Positions 1 to 10,794 of a DNA stretch of 64,000 nt are shown here, piece after piece. Position 1 is the first letter of the stretch. Each line of letters starts with the position of its first letter. The stretch comes from Macrostomum lignano (taxonomy: Eukaryota). The notes under the pieces were generated by a model. The model was not told the DNA's origin. It worked only from the letters and a program-made list of their open reading frames with translations, and made no database searches. The stretch is taken from NCBI GenBank assembly GCA_002269645.1, contig NIVC01001182.1, positions 248,001 through 312,000 on the forward strand, given 5' to 3'. Made by a program: the position numbers and the translations under genes.

Positions 1-804
1 GTCGTCAACGTGCAAGTCGGCCAGAAAGTGCTAGTGAGATCGGTAAATAAGCTGTGTCTGCTTGAGAGTCAAGCGGAGCCAGCTGACTGATTTTTGGCCT
101 TGACGATGTGACACGTTTTTTTTCCGGAGCACAGCAGTTATTTTTGGTCTGCAGTCAGTGTTGCGTGACCTTTTGGTGCTGATAGCGTTTGCGGTCCAGG
201 AGAGTGTAGCAGCTTGAAATTTTGTTTTCACATTTAGTGTTATTTTGGTGGAGGGTTTTTTTTCGTTTTCCTTTTGGTTTATGCACTTTGTGCTGGCTAT
301 AGACTGTTAAATTTAAGCGGTTTTGAACGCCTTTGCCCATGTGTTCTTTTTTTTCAATCGTAACACGCGCTTTTTTGGTTTTGTAGTAGCCGTTCAGGTT
401 TATTGACATTATTTTTTATTGCATCGGAGGGTTCCTCATTCGAATATTTGGTGAATGTGCATTAACGGTTTTTGCTGCGGTGGCGGTGCATCTTCGCGAA
501 TTTGATTGCTGATTGTGTTCTATCAGGAAGGGGGGAATGTTGCGTAGGCTTTGTATTTTATGTTTCGTTGTTAGTTATAGTTGTAGGTCTCATTTTAGTA
601 TATCGACGATATGTACGTCTCCGGGCCCCGCCCCCCATTATCGCTTAGTGTACATGCAATCTCAGCCCCACCCCAATCTTTTGTGTGTCATTTAGCAGTT
701 AAATATAAAAGGAACGATGGCTTGAATTTGTTCGTGAGAGTGCGTTGTGGCAATAGTCAAAAACCTGCCGAGAGTTTGAACAAAAGTTATTTGTCTTTAG
801 AACA
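1..804 (+). mobile_element. 3' end of an LTR retrotransposon (ORF end 1-90, polypurine tract 525-537, 3' LTR 538-804)
   Basis: A purine run AGGAAGGGGGGAA (525-537) is immediately followed by TGT. The segment ends ...TTAGAACA at 804, directly against the 30-bp repeat, and has an internal TATAAAA at 704-710. Positions 1-90 encode an ORF end (VQVGQKVLVR...) loosely like Gypsy integrase C-termini. The 5' LTR and TSD are not in the window. Confidence 0.5.
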
Positions 805-1231
805 CAACCTACACTTCCGGTTAGTATATACAGACAACCTACACTTCCGGTCAGTATATACAGACAACCTGCACTTCCGGTTAGCATATACAGACAACCT
901 ACACTTCCGGTTAGTATATAGACACCCCTCACTTCCGGTAAGTATAGAAAACCTACACTTCCGGTTAGTACATACAGACAACCTGCACTTCCAGTTAGTA
1001 TATACAGACAACCTACACTTCCGGTTAGTATATAGACACCCCTCACTTCCGGTAAGTATAGAAAGCCTACACTTCCGGTAAGTATAGAAAACCTACACTT
1101 CCGGTTAGTATATACAGACAACCTACACTTCCGGTTAGTATATACAGACAACCTACACTTCCGGTCAGTATATACAGACAACCTGCACTTCCGGTTAGCA
1201 TATACAGACAACCTACACTTCCGGTTAGTAT
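805..1231. repeat. 30-bp minisatellite (CAGACAACCTACACTTCCGGTTAGTATATA), about 14 units, in the RMDN intron
   Basis: 30-bp periodicity read directly; some shorter variant units. Explains ORFs 611-1081, 699-1238 and 787-1011. Confidence 0.95.
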
Positions 1232-1238
1232 AGCCCAC

Positions 1239-1881
1239 CTTCCTCGGCCCTCAGCAGGTATTTCAACGCCTCATCATAACTGGACGATGGCGGCGTGGCA
1301 AAGAAGGCCGCAGCCAGTTTCCGCTGATACCAGGGCAGGTCGGCCACTTCAAAGCACCAGGCTCCGAGGCAGTGCAATACGACGGCGTCATCTGGCTTGG
1401 CCTCGACAGCCCGCTGAAAGTGATCCCGAACTAAATAGGAATTTTCTATTCGTTTCTTTGTACCCTCGAACCGGCCCGTGAGCTCCAGCAGAATCCCCAT
1501 CCACTTGTGGCAGGCAGAGTTCTGTGGCTCCAGAGCCAGGCCTTGCTTGGCGAATTCGAATGCCTCGTAGGTCAGCGCTTTCCTAGCTGATTCGTCGTGT
1601 GTGGCGTTGGCCATGGCGCGGGCGCCGCGGGCTGCGCGCCAGAACACTTCGGCGCATTGGTAGACAGCAGAGCCAGTGGCGAGGGCGTTGCACAGCTGGC
1701 TGTAAGCCTCAGCTTCGAAACCAGATGTGTGCAGCTTGTCTACATTGGCTAGAAGCTGCTCCAGGCTAGCAGATTCGATTGTAGGCTGGTTTTCTGTGGT
1801 GGGAACAAATTGTGTTTCCCTATAATGAGGTTTATTGTACTGTATAAGCTTAGTTATGGGCATTTCTGTAGTTGCAGTCAT
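1239..1881 (-). CDS. RMDN1: Regulator of microtubule dynamics protein (RMDN1/FAM82-like, TPR-like); first coding exon, C-terminal exon not in window
   Basis: Motifs WRAARGA, ACHKWMGI, HCLGAWCFEVADLPWYQRKLAAAFFATPPSSSYDEALKYLLRAE match RMDN1 as recalled. The exon ends at donor GAA G|GTGGG (1238). The final ~50 aa (the DPNFY... exon) were not found in 1-1238. Confidence 0.9.
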
Positions 1882-3633
1882 AAAAGCAGTTTAAACAGAG
1901 TTTTTTGCATTTATTATTATCACTATCAGTAATTTTTTATAATAATTGATAATGAGAAACTATAACTATAAAAAAACTTCAAGGTACCATATTTCCATAG
2001 TTGCCATAATAGACCCTATCATAAAGCTATAATTACACTAAAACAATAGAAATGATATGTTATATTATTTATTTTTATCAAAATCTGGCTTTGGATTTGG
2101 ATAAAAAATAAAACATCTAAAATAAAAGATATTAAATAGGATCAATCCTGTTAGGACTAGGTAAATAAGGTCAAGATACCAATTTTTTGGGATTTAAGAC
2201 ATTTTCAATAGGGTAAAAAACTATTCCAGCTCTAATAAAAATCCAGATTATTAAATATAAATAAAGGTAAAACAAAACACAATAGAAATATAAAAATAAA
2301 TAAATTTTGATACCTTAAGTTAAAATTAAGGTATTGGGTAAGGTATAAGGTATATATAAGGTATAAAATAAGGTATAAAATTAATTAAATAGAATAATTA
2401 ATCAACACAAAAAACATAAAAAAGCTTCATGAAAAAACAAATTAAAAATGTTACATTAATATTATTTTCAAATTCAATTCAAAACGATACTTGTTTCTTT
2501 AATTTTTATTCAAATAATTCTTACCTTTAGATTGAAAAAGTGAAAAGGCCAATAGATAAACTGGATTGCAAAATAGAATCAGCCACTTATGACCAGACTT
2601 TGATAGAATTGGAATCTAAAAAAGGTTAAGTATTTATATTTTTAATTGGGGTTAAAATAGACAATGTCTTACATTAGTTAATCTGATGAAGTAAGTAGTG
2701 TTTTTTTCTGCATTTCTATATCTACAATTACATATTCAAAAATAAAAACGCTTTTGCACTCACTTTGCCTCTTTTGAGCCTGAATAACGCTTCGTATTGG
2801 GTCTTTGTCCTCAGAATGTTCATAAATTTGGTTGGGTTCTGTCGCAAGCCATTTGCAATAAAACTTATGTAGTTTAAACTCAAATTCTTGAGAAGAAAGG
2901 ATCGCAAAGCCATTTTAAGTCGGTTTAAAAATTGTTCACCTCCACCAAAATATCAGCGAATACAGAATAGAAGTGAGGCTAGTTGGCCTTTAAATGATTT
3001 ATGTGAAAGATTGCCAAAAAATCTCGATTCACTTGTGACGGAGTCAAATTCTGTCCGATACTTCTGTTGACTTCGTCACACTTTTATCCTCAAATTGGTG
3101 AAATTTATAGAGATTTCTTAGAATAATTAAGATTTAAAACCGCTTAGGCAGTGCTTTCAAACAAATAGCACAATTTCGATTGTCAAAAACAGCCTATAAG
3201 AAAGGATTGTAATAGCTTAAATACATTTAATCTAGGTTTCAGAAAACTAAAAAATTTACAGTTCAGAGTAAGCTACATTTCCGACTAAGTTTGTCCTTCG
3301 TAGCCGAACATGTACATAGACAGTTTAACTTACAGAACAGGAGGCTCTGGCTTTGTGCATCTGTAACTTTACAAGGCGTTATAATTGTTTAAATCTTCAA
3401 TAGTAAGAGTATTTTTAGATTAAGGATTCCATTAGATGTTTCACTAAAAATTAAAGCGTGTGCTGCAAAATCATGCTGTACCATCGATGGTAGACTTGAC
3501 GTTTGATTGAACTTCTTCAATCAAAATATGCAGAAAAATCGTCCTTACACAGCTCAAGCATTGAATCAAGCAGAAAACGAACGTTCATACGACTTCCATT
3601 CCTCTGACTCAGTATGCCGATCATAGCATCAAA

Positions 3634-6600
3634 TCATGAATTTTGTAGGTTAGCGTAACTGTCGCACTGACAGCTGCTTCGACAGGCGCACTGAAACGCT
3701 TTGGTGCAGGCAAAGCATGAACTCCGACGGCACTCCCGGCAGATTGTCCGGCCGCACCAGGGACAGATGTTTTCGTAAACGTTGCCAGAGATGCTGTGCT
3801 GAACGCAACGCTCGTTAGTTGGCAGCGACATCGACAGGCTGTCGATGCAGACTAGGCAAACCGGTTTCTCGCAAGAGTGACAGTACGGCTGCATCTGCTG
3901 TCTCTGCTGCGATTGGCTAGCTCGGACCAGCGACCTGCGTCCTCCTCCGCCGCCGCCATCGACTTTGCCAATCTCGACCATCTGGTGCAGCAGCATGCGA
4001 CAGTCTGAACAGGCGATAGCCGTGCAGAATGTGCAGAGACTGCGGCGACATCTCGGACAGACGTCTTTACGGCACGTTTGGCACAGTTGGACCTGCAGTA
4101 GATAAATGGCCCTGTTTTTTTGTTTGCTTTTGTTTTAATTGATTGCAAGTGTACGCATAGTACATGATGTGACCTAGTCTATAAACCTAGACCGCTTTCT
4201 GGCTTGTTTGCCTTCGTCAGTGAGCCATAGCCCTCTTCCACGACTTTCGGTGTGCAAGACGTTTATTTTGCAGCGTACAATGTAGTTTTAAAAGTAACAG
4301 GCCCTTCGCCAACGTAGAAGCAAGGACCACTGTACTCGTAGCTATATACAGAGTACATATGTATATGTAAAAATTAATCGTGAAGTTTGAAAACATCACG
4401 TGACTTTTATGGATCACGTGACCGATTGCAATGATAGACACTCCCCAGTCTATCCGGAGGTGAGGTTGCTGCAAATGTACAGCCAAAAAATGCGAGATCG
4501 GCTATGGAGCTTCTATGGATCACGTGACCAATCACAATTATTGACGCCTATTGGAGTGAGGTTTCTGTACATTTTAAGTCATAAAAAAGCGAGATCAGCT
4601 AGGAGCTTTTGCAGATCACGTGACCAACTGCAACCGCAGACTCCCAGTGTAGCGGAGTGGGGTTGCTGCGAATGTACAGCCATAAAAAGCGAGATCAGCT
4701 AGGAGCTTTTACGGATCACGTGACCAACTGCAATCACAGACGTCCAGTGGGACAATCTTACCACTGAATAAAACAGCTCGCCCTTCTTGTCGGTCTTATA
4801 GGTAGTCAGCGGTACCAGCGGACACTCGATGGTACGCCGTAGTGCCACACTTTTCGGCGGATCGTGCACAGGATCCTCTGGAAGCCGATGCGCCGGACGC
4901 CTTTCGACTGCGCCTGGTCTGTAGAGCTCATTAATTGGCGCATTGCCCAACGATTCTAATTCGTCGCTCCAGGCTACACCCTCGGAGGTGATGGTCACCA
5001 GCTTGTTCAGGCTAGAAGCACCAGCGGTTGTGCCGGAATTCTTAGACCTGGCCGACTTCTTGCCTGACTTCTTTACGGGCCGCTTCTTTTTTATAAAGTT
5101 GATACAAAACGATTTAGAAGTAAGTATGAATAATTTTCAGTCATAAATTTATTACGAGTACAATATTTATTTCTATTTTTTTATTGCTTTGCTCCTTTGC
5201 ACCTGTTTTGGGAGCTCCCGACTCTTGCTGATTCTTTTTAAGCCACTCTTAAACTCCTAAGTACCCCTCTGTCTCACCTCTCTAATACCCCTCTATCTCA
5301 CCTCTCCAATACCCCTCTATCTCACCTCTCTAACACCCTCTATCTCACCTCTCTAATACCCCTCTATCTCACCTCTCTAATACCCCTCTATCTCACCTCT
5401 CTAATACCCCTCTATCTCACCTCTCTAACACCCTCTATCTCACCTCTCTAATACCCCTCTATCTCACCTCTCTAATACCCCTCTAACTCACCTCTCTAAT
5501 ACCCCTCTAACTCACCTCTCTAATACCCCTCTAACTCACTCTCTAATACCCCTCTCCCTCACCTCTATTCCCTTGTATTAAAATAGCTCAATTATGATTT
5601 TGTTAGCATTCTGATACTACTAAAAAAATCTTTTAAGCCTTGGTAGGCTCGTGAAAAGACCAACTCGTATCAATAAGTGCATTATAAGTGCCTGCAAAGA
5701 AAAAACAGGACTCAGACTCACTTTCGCTAGTTTCGTATTCCCACCGCCCAACTCGCGACTTTGCCCAGCAACAACCTTTTTGGCAGCTCTGCCTGCAGCG
5801 GGGCCTTTGCCTGCGGCCGCGCTTTTACCAGCAAAACCGTCTGTTTTTGCAACAGTCGCAGTTTTTCCTGCTCCGCTGGTAATGACGCCGCCAGCCCCAC
5901 CGACCACAGTGCCGGCGGCGCCGCGTTTCAAGAAACGGTCCACCCTGACGGCGTCGATAACCGAATTTGTCGCTGCGCTGAAGTTCACCAGCTGGTGATC
6001 ATTGTCAAGGTTCGCGTCCGGTTGCTCGCTGCCGGAAGATCTCAACAGGGCCGTCTTGTCGTTGGTGTCGTCGCTCTGTACGTGACGATGGCGTCTCCGA
6101 CGGGATGTCGCTGATGACTTCGAAGTTCGAGTAGCAGTTGGAGTCGGTGTCCGGGCTGTTGTCGACGATGGTAACGAGACCAGCCGACTGGCTGACACAG
6201 CCGTCAGGGTGGTGGCGCAGGAGCGAGGGCTCCTCCTGCCGCTGCTCCTGGCGGAGCGACGAGTGCCCGACTTAGCGCCTGCGGATGACACTTCAGCTGC
6301 TGCTGCAAGGTGTGACACGACATCATTTGGGACCACCCGGTGAAGCGTTTGTATGAGTGCGTGTCTGCATACAGTCAGAGGAGTGAACAGAATTGCCCCA
6401 GAGCTGCCTCGCAGCTCATTGCCTCAGGAAAAATGACGTCGAATGTGTTAGCGCCAGAGTTCCCACTACTTTCCTACGATAATTTACATTTGTTGATTTA
6501 TAAATACAGACAGCTCCAGAGACAGACAGAAAACAGAGACAGACACCAAGAAAAAACAGACGGAGCAAACCAACCTGGCACCAAGTCAACGGCCTCAATT

Positions 6601-7214
6601 GTAGGCAAAACCTTGACCGAAGACGCTGGTGCTTCTCTCAGTTCGTTGGCACATTCGTTTGTTCTTGAAGTCGAGGATCTCACATTGGCCGATGTCAGCT
6701 CATCAGCGGTGGCGTTGTTGCAGCGCTGCCGTTCGCTGCTCTCATCGATTCTCTTCAGCGGCTGCGTGCGCAACCCAGCGACCTCTGGACCAGCGTTAAC
6801 CAGTTCGCCTTCAACGCGTTCACCTCCTCGCAGACAGCCGGCCAGAACTGACGACAAACGACGGGCAACACGTCGACGAGCTCCGTTGGCCCGCTGCAAC
6901 CAATTCCTGGCGGTGGCTGCCGACCGGCTGGACTGAGTAGTCAGTGGCGATGCTAGATGGTTATATTTAGCTTCATTGGGCACCTCCATAGTTGCAGGAG
7001 ACGCCTGATGCTCCTGCTGATGATTTTGACGCTCTTGAACTTCGTTCAATCTACGTTGAAGGAACTGCTCTAATCGACCAAAATCCATGTAGTGCAACCG
7101 TCGCCTGGTTGACGTGACGGTTGAACTTGTACATGTATTGTCCTCTGCTGCTGAATTGCTGCTAGCAAGTAAGCTTGGATTTTGTCTCTCCATGGCTTTG
7201 GGTAAGCTGCTCAT
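3634..7214 (-). CDS. Uncharacterised protein of about 700 aa: low-complexity N-terminus and C-terminal Cys-rich (CxxC, Siva-like) zinc-finger modules
   Basis: Proposed exons are 7214-6575, 6422-5722, 5085-4762 and 4092-3634 (2124 nt, in frame). Donors GTGAGT (5721) and GTAAGA (4761) and acceptor CTGCAG (4093) are phase 0 and join YSV|VQLCQTC. The first junction uses a weak GAG acceptor and is uncertain. The last exon has more than 20 Cys, mostly in CxxC pairs. Confidence 0.6.
4396..4740. repeat. About 100-bp tandem repeat, each unit carrying the palindromic E-box TCACGTGA
   Basis: ATCACGTGAC cores at 4396, 4414, 4520, 4616 and 4716, with shared flanks GCGAGATC(A/G)GCTA...GGAGCTT. Confidence 0.85.
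5262..5566. repeat. 24-bp minisatellite (TATCTCACCTCTCTAATACCCCTC), intronic
   Basis: Direct periodicity. Confidence 0.95.
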
Positions 7215-7424
7215 GCTCAGGACGGCTCTATAAGATCAATTCATTTATTATTGAAGAATTTCTTGTTTGTCTTGTCTCAGACAAAATAGATGCAAATTTT
7301 CAATCCTCATCATTCTCATTTCCAATACCATAGACTGCATATAAATAACTCGTACATGTAACTACGAAATCTGATTCTCGTGCTCAAAGACCAACAGTCA
7401 CCAGCTGTGCGCACGCGCATACTG

Positions 7425-8233
7425 CGCCAGCCACCCAGATCATCATCAATTACTGGGACAGCCTCTCAGATCCTCATCAGTTGCTGGGACAGCCTCTCAG
7501 ATCCTCATCAGTTGCTGGGACAGCCTCTCAGATTCTCATCAGTTGCTGGGCCAGCCTCCCAGAGTGTCAGTTGCTGGGCCAGCCTCCCAGAGTGTCAGTT
7601 GCTAGGCCAGCCTCCCAGAGTGTCAGTTGCTGGGCCAGCCTCCCAGATCCTCATCAGTTGCTGGGACAGCCTCCCAGAGTGTCAGTTGCTGGGCAAGCCT
7701 CCCAGAGTGTCAGTTGTTAGGCCAGCCTCCCAGAGTGTCAGTTGCTGGGCAAGCCTCCCAGAGTGTCAGTTGCTGGGCCACCCTCCCAGAGTGTCAGTTG
7801 CTGGGCCAGCCTCCCAGAGTGCCAGTTGCTGGGCCAGCCTCCCAGATCCTCATCAGTTGCTGGGACAGCCTCCCAGAGTGTCAGTTGCTGGGCAAGCCTC
7901 CCAGAGTGTCAGTTGTTAGGCCAGCCTCCCAGAGTGTCAGTTGTTAGGCCAGCCTCCCAGAGTGTCAGTTGCTGGGCCAGCCTCCCAGAGTGTCAGTTGC
8001 TGGGCCAGCCTCCCAGATCCTCATCAGTTGCTGGGACAGCCTCCCAGAGTGTCAGTTGCTGGGCAAGCCTCCCAGAGTGTCAGTTGTTAGGCCAGCCTCC
8101 CAGAGTGTCAGTTGCTGGGCCAGCCTCCCAGAGTGTCAGTTGCTGGGCCAGCCTCCCAGATCCTCATCAGTTGCTGGGCCAGCCTCCCAGATCCTCATCA
8201 GTTGCTGGGCCAGCCTCCCAGAGTGTCAGTTGC
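7425..8233 (+). repeat. 28/31-bp minisatellite, family A (CAGTTGCTGGGCCAGCCTCCCAGA-GTGT/TCCTCAT)
   Basis: Direct periodicity; the same core occurs at 10795, 21103 and 60930. Confidence 0.95.
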
Positions 8234-8608
8234 ATATACATACATACATACAAACTTTTTAGATTTATAGTTATATAGACTACAGAATATCGTCTCGAGT
8301 GAAGAGAAAACCAAATAGTTCGCTCATTTCAAAAGTTTTTAAAGAAGCTTCAAAATTCCATTAAAATCCTGTTGCTTATGGGGAGAATTTCTGAGATGCT
8401 GAGATAGGTCTCAAAATTGGGAGTGGTTTGTAGGACAAACATTAAAGAAGAAAACTTGAGGTTAAGCCATGGCCGGATGCCTTTTTGCATCAAACATCAT
8501 TTTCCTTGGGAAATTTTCAATAGTGACTGTACAAGGCCAAAGTCTGTACATGGTTGCTTAAAAAATCGTTCTCTGTTGCCTTTCCAACGGGGCGGAGATT
8601 TAAAGGTG

Positions 8609-9088
8609 GTCGGGTTTCGGGGTCGGGTTTCGGGGTCGGGTTTCGGGGTCGGGTTTCGGGGTCGGGTTTCGGGGTCGGGTTTCGGGGTCGGGTTTCGGGT
8701 CGGGTTTCGGGGCCGGGTTTCGGGGTCGGGTTTCGGGGTCGGGTTTCGGGGCCGGGTTTCGGGGTCGGGTTTCGGGTCGGGTTTCGGGGTCGGGTTTCGG
8801 GGCCGGGTTTCGGGGTCGGGTTTCGGGTCGGGTTTCGGGCCGGGTTTCGGGGTCGGGTTTCGGGTCGGGTTTCGGGGTCGGGTTTCGGGGCCGGGTTTCG
8901 GGGTCGGGTTTCGGGGTCGGGTTTCGGGGCCGGGTTTCGGGGTCGGGTTTCGGGGTCGGGTTTCGGGGTCGGGTTTCGGGGCCGGGTTTCGGGGTCGGGT
9001 TTCGGGGTCGGGTTTCGGGGTCGGGTTTCGGGTCGGGTTTCGGGGCCGGGTTTCGGGGTCGGGTTTCGGGGTCGGGTTTCGGAACCCC
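8609..9088. repeat. 13-bp G-rich minisatellite (GGGGTCGGGTTTC)n
   Basis: Direct periodicity with 12-bp variants. Explains four overlapping repeat ORFs. Confidence 0.95.
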
Positions 9089-9534
9089 GAAAAAATTGCC
9101 ATCCCAAACACCCCTGCTGGATTTGAGTTAGAGATATTGGGGGTTTTTTTCTTTAGGAGACTTTAGAAGGGAATCATTGTTTTCGATATTTCTAAGTGTT
9201 TTAAAGTTCCAGCCTCCCCACTCCTACGCAGATTGCACTTTTTTCAGTTTCTGTACAGCCAAAGATAAGAATTAATTACTCAAAAGTAATAAGAAAGTAA
9301 AACAGACAGCCCTGAATGTAATCAATAAAGTGAGCTCAGCAGTTAGAAAATTTACTATTCATATTCCTTACAGAGATCGTGATCATAAAATCCTTAATGG
9401 GACTTCCTGCTCAGATTGCAATAATTTTTTATGTTGCTGGATTAAAATCTAGGGAAATAGAAATTTTATTGTAATCTTGACAGGAAGTCGAATTTGAGAA
9501 CTGCTGCTTGTCGATTTTTATGGAATCTTGAGTC

Positions 9535-9542
9535 TATAAATA
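9535..9542 (+). promoter_or_regulatory. TATA box candidate for the secreted peptide gene
   Basis: TATAAATA 88 bp upstream of the ATG at 9623. The region is AT-rich, so chance is possible. Confidence 0.45.
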
Positions 9543-9622
9543 AAAATTTCAGCGGCACGGACACCCAATCAATTCTTATACAATACAAGATTATTGACTC
9601 CAAACAGCTTCAAGAAGCAGGC

Positions 9623-9829
9623 ATGCGAGTTCTGTTTGTTCAGGTTCTGGTTCTCATCGTTTCTATGGTAGCAGTTGAAGCTTTTAATTTCAATCAATAT
9701 AAAAGCCCCCAGTGTCTAAGTGACAACTGCTTTTGTTTCAACGAAATATGCTATGGAGATTCCAGTTGCAACGTAGGGGACACGTGCAGTGCTACGTATA
9801 GTTGGTGGCGGTGGTGGTGGTGGGGGTGA
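9623..9829 (+). CDS. Small secreted cysteine-rich peptide (68-aa precursor, 6 Cys, Trp-rich C-terminus)
   Basis: MRVLFVQVLVLIVSMVAVEA (signal-peptide-like, VEA|F cleavage) followed by FNFNQYKSPQCLSDNCFCFNEICYGDSSCNVGDTCSATYSWWRWWWWG*. Upstream TATA; AATAAA at about 10085. Confidence 0.7.
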   Translation: MRVLFVQVLVLIVSMVAVEAFNFNQYKSPQCLSDNCFCFNEICYGDSSCNVGDTCSATYSWWRWWWWG

Positions 9830-10316
9830 TGAAGCTCAATAAGTTTCTATCGGTGTTCTGCGCTACTGACGCTACTGATGCCGTCGGGACGCTTCTCAGA
9901 CAAACCTGATCATGAAAGATCTATATGCGGAATATGGAAAATATACAGGGAATAATTGAATACATGAGCTCACTTCAGTGACTGCATTAAGCGCTGTTTG
10001 TTTTACTCGGTTCCTTTTTGCAAGTTTCAAATTTGTTGGGAGAAGATTTTTTAGTCTTATTGTTTTGAGTAAAGAGCCTCAAAGAATAAATTGCATATTT
10101 TCTTATCTTTTCGGTTGTAGAGAAACTGAAGACAGAAGAAATGTCAACCTGCGGCCCCTCATTGCGGAGGCAGCAAAAAAAATAAACACTTTGAATGAAC
10201 CACAATAATGTCGGTTTTTGACCTCGCACAGTCACTATTGTTAATTTCTTAAGGAAAATGATGCAAAAAAGCATTCACCTTAAAAGCCAGACAAAGAATT
10301 TTAGAAATTCTCCTCG

Positions 10317-10545
10317 TGAGCCTTGACATCTCAGCAATTCAAATCGTGAGCCTTGACATCTCAGCAATTCAAATCGTGAGCCTTGACATCTCAGCAATTC
10401 TCTTCCTGAGCCTTGACATCTCAGCAATTCTCTTCCTGAGCCTTGACATCTCAGCAATTCAAATCGTGAGCCTTGACATCTCAGCGATTCCCCTTATAAG
10501 CCTTGAAATCTCAGCAATTCTCCTCATGAGTCTTGACATCTTAGC
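10317..10545. repeat. 30-bp minisatellite (GAGCCTTGACATCTCAGCAATTCAAATCGT)
   Basis: About 8 units with two tail variants. Confidence 0.95.
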
Positions 10546-10794
10546 GATTCCCCAGGAATCAATTATGATTGACATGGCGATTCTTTCTGATTGCGTGTCC
10601 ATTGAGGTATACATCGTTTGAAAAGTACATTTATAAAGGTGAAAAATGTAAAACAAAGGCTTTTCCGTTTAGAAAATTAAAAAATATGATGGCACGTATC
10701 GCGTTGTGGCTTTGAAGGTGTTTAGCTGGCTTTTGGGGGGAAACCTTTAATGCGTGTGATTCATGCGTGTGTCTTTTTTCCAACTATAGTCTTA

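Noticed and set aside
1890-3600. Mitochondrial insertion (NUMT) suggested by strong AT and strand skew
   Set aside because: Trial translations of parts of the region in the flatworm mitochondrial code gave no recognisable gene; no tRNA or rRNA motif seen.
7490-8210. Hammerhead or HDV ribozyme in family A repeats (minus strand has CTGATGAG; plus strand has CCAGCCTCC and GCTGGGC as in HDV)
   Set aside because: There is no GAAA core partner for a hammerhead, and the HDV P3/L3/P1 pairings cannot be formed.
9978-10208. 76-aa ORF downstream of the peptide gene
   Set aside because: No ATG start, no motif; likely 3' flank.
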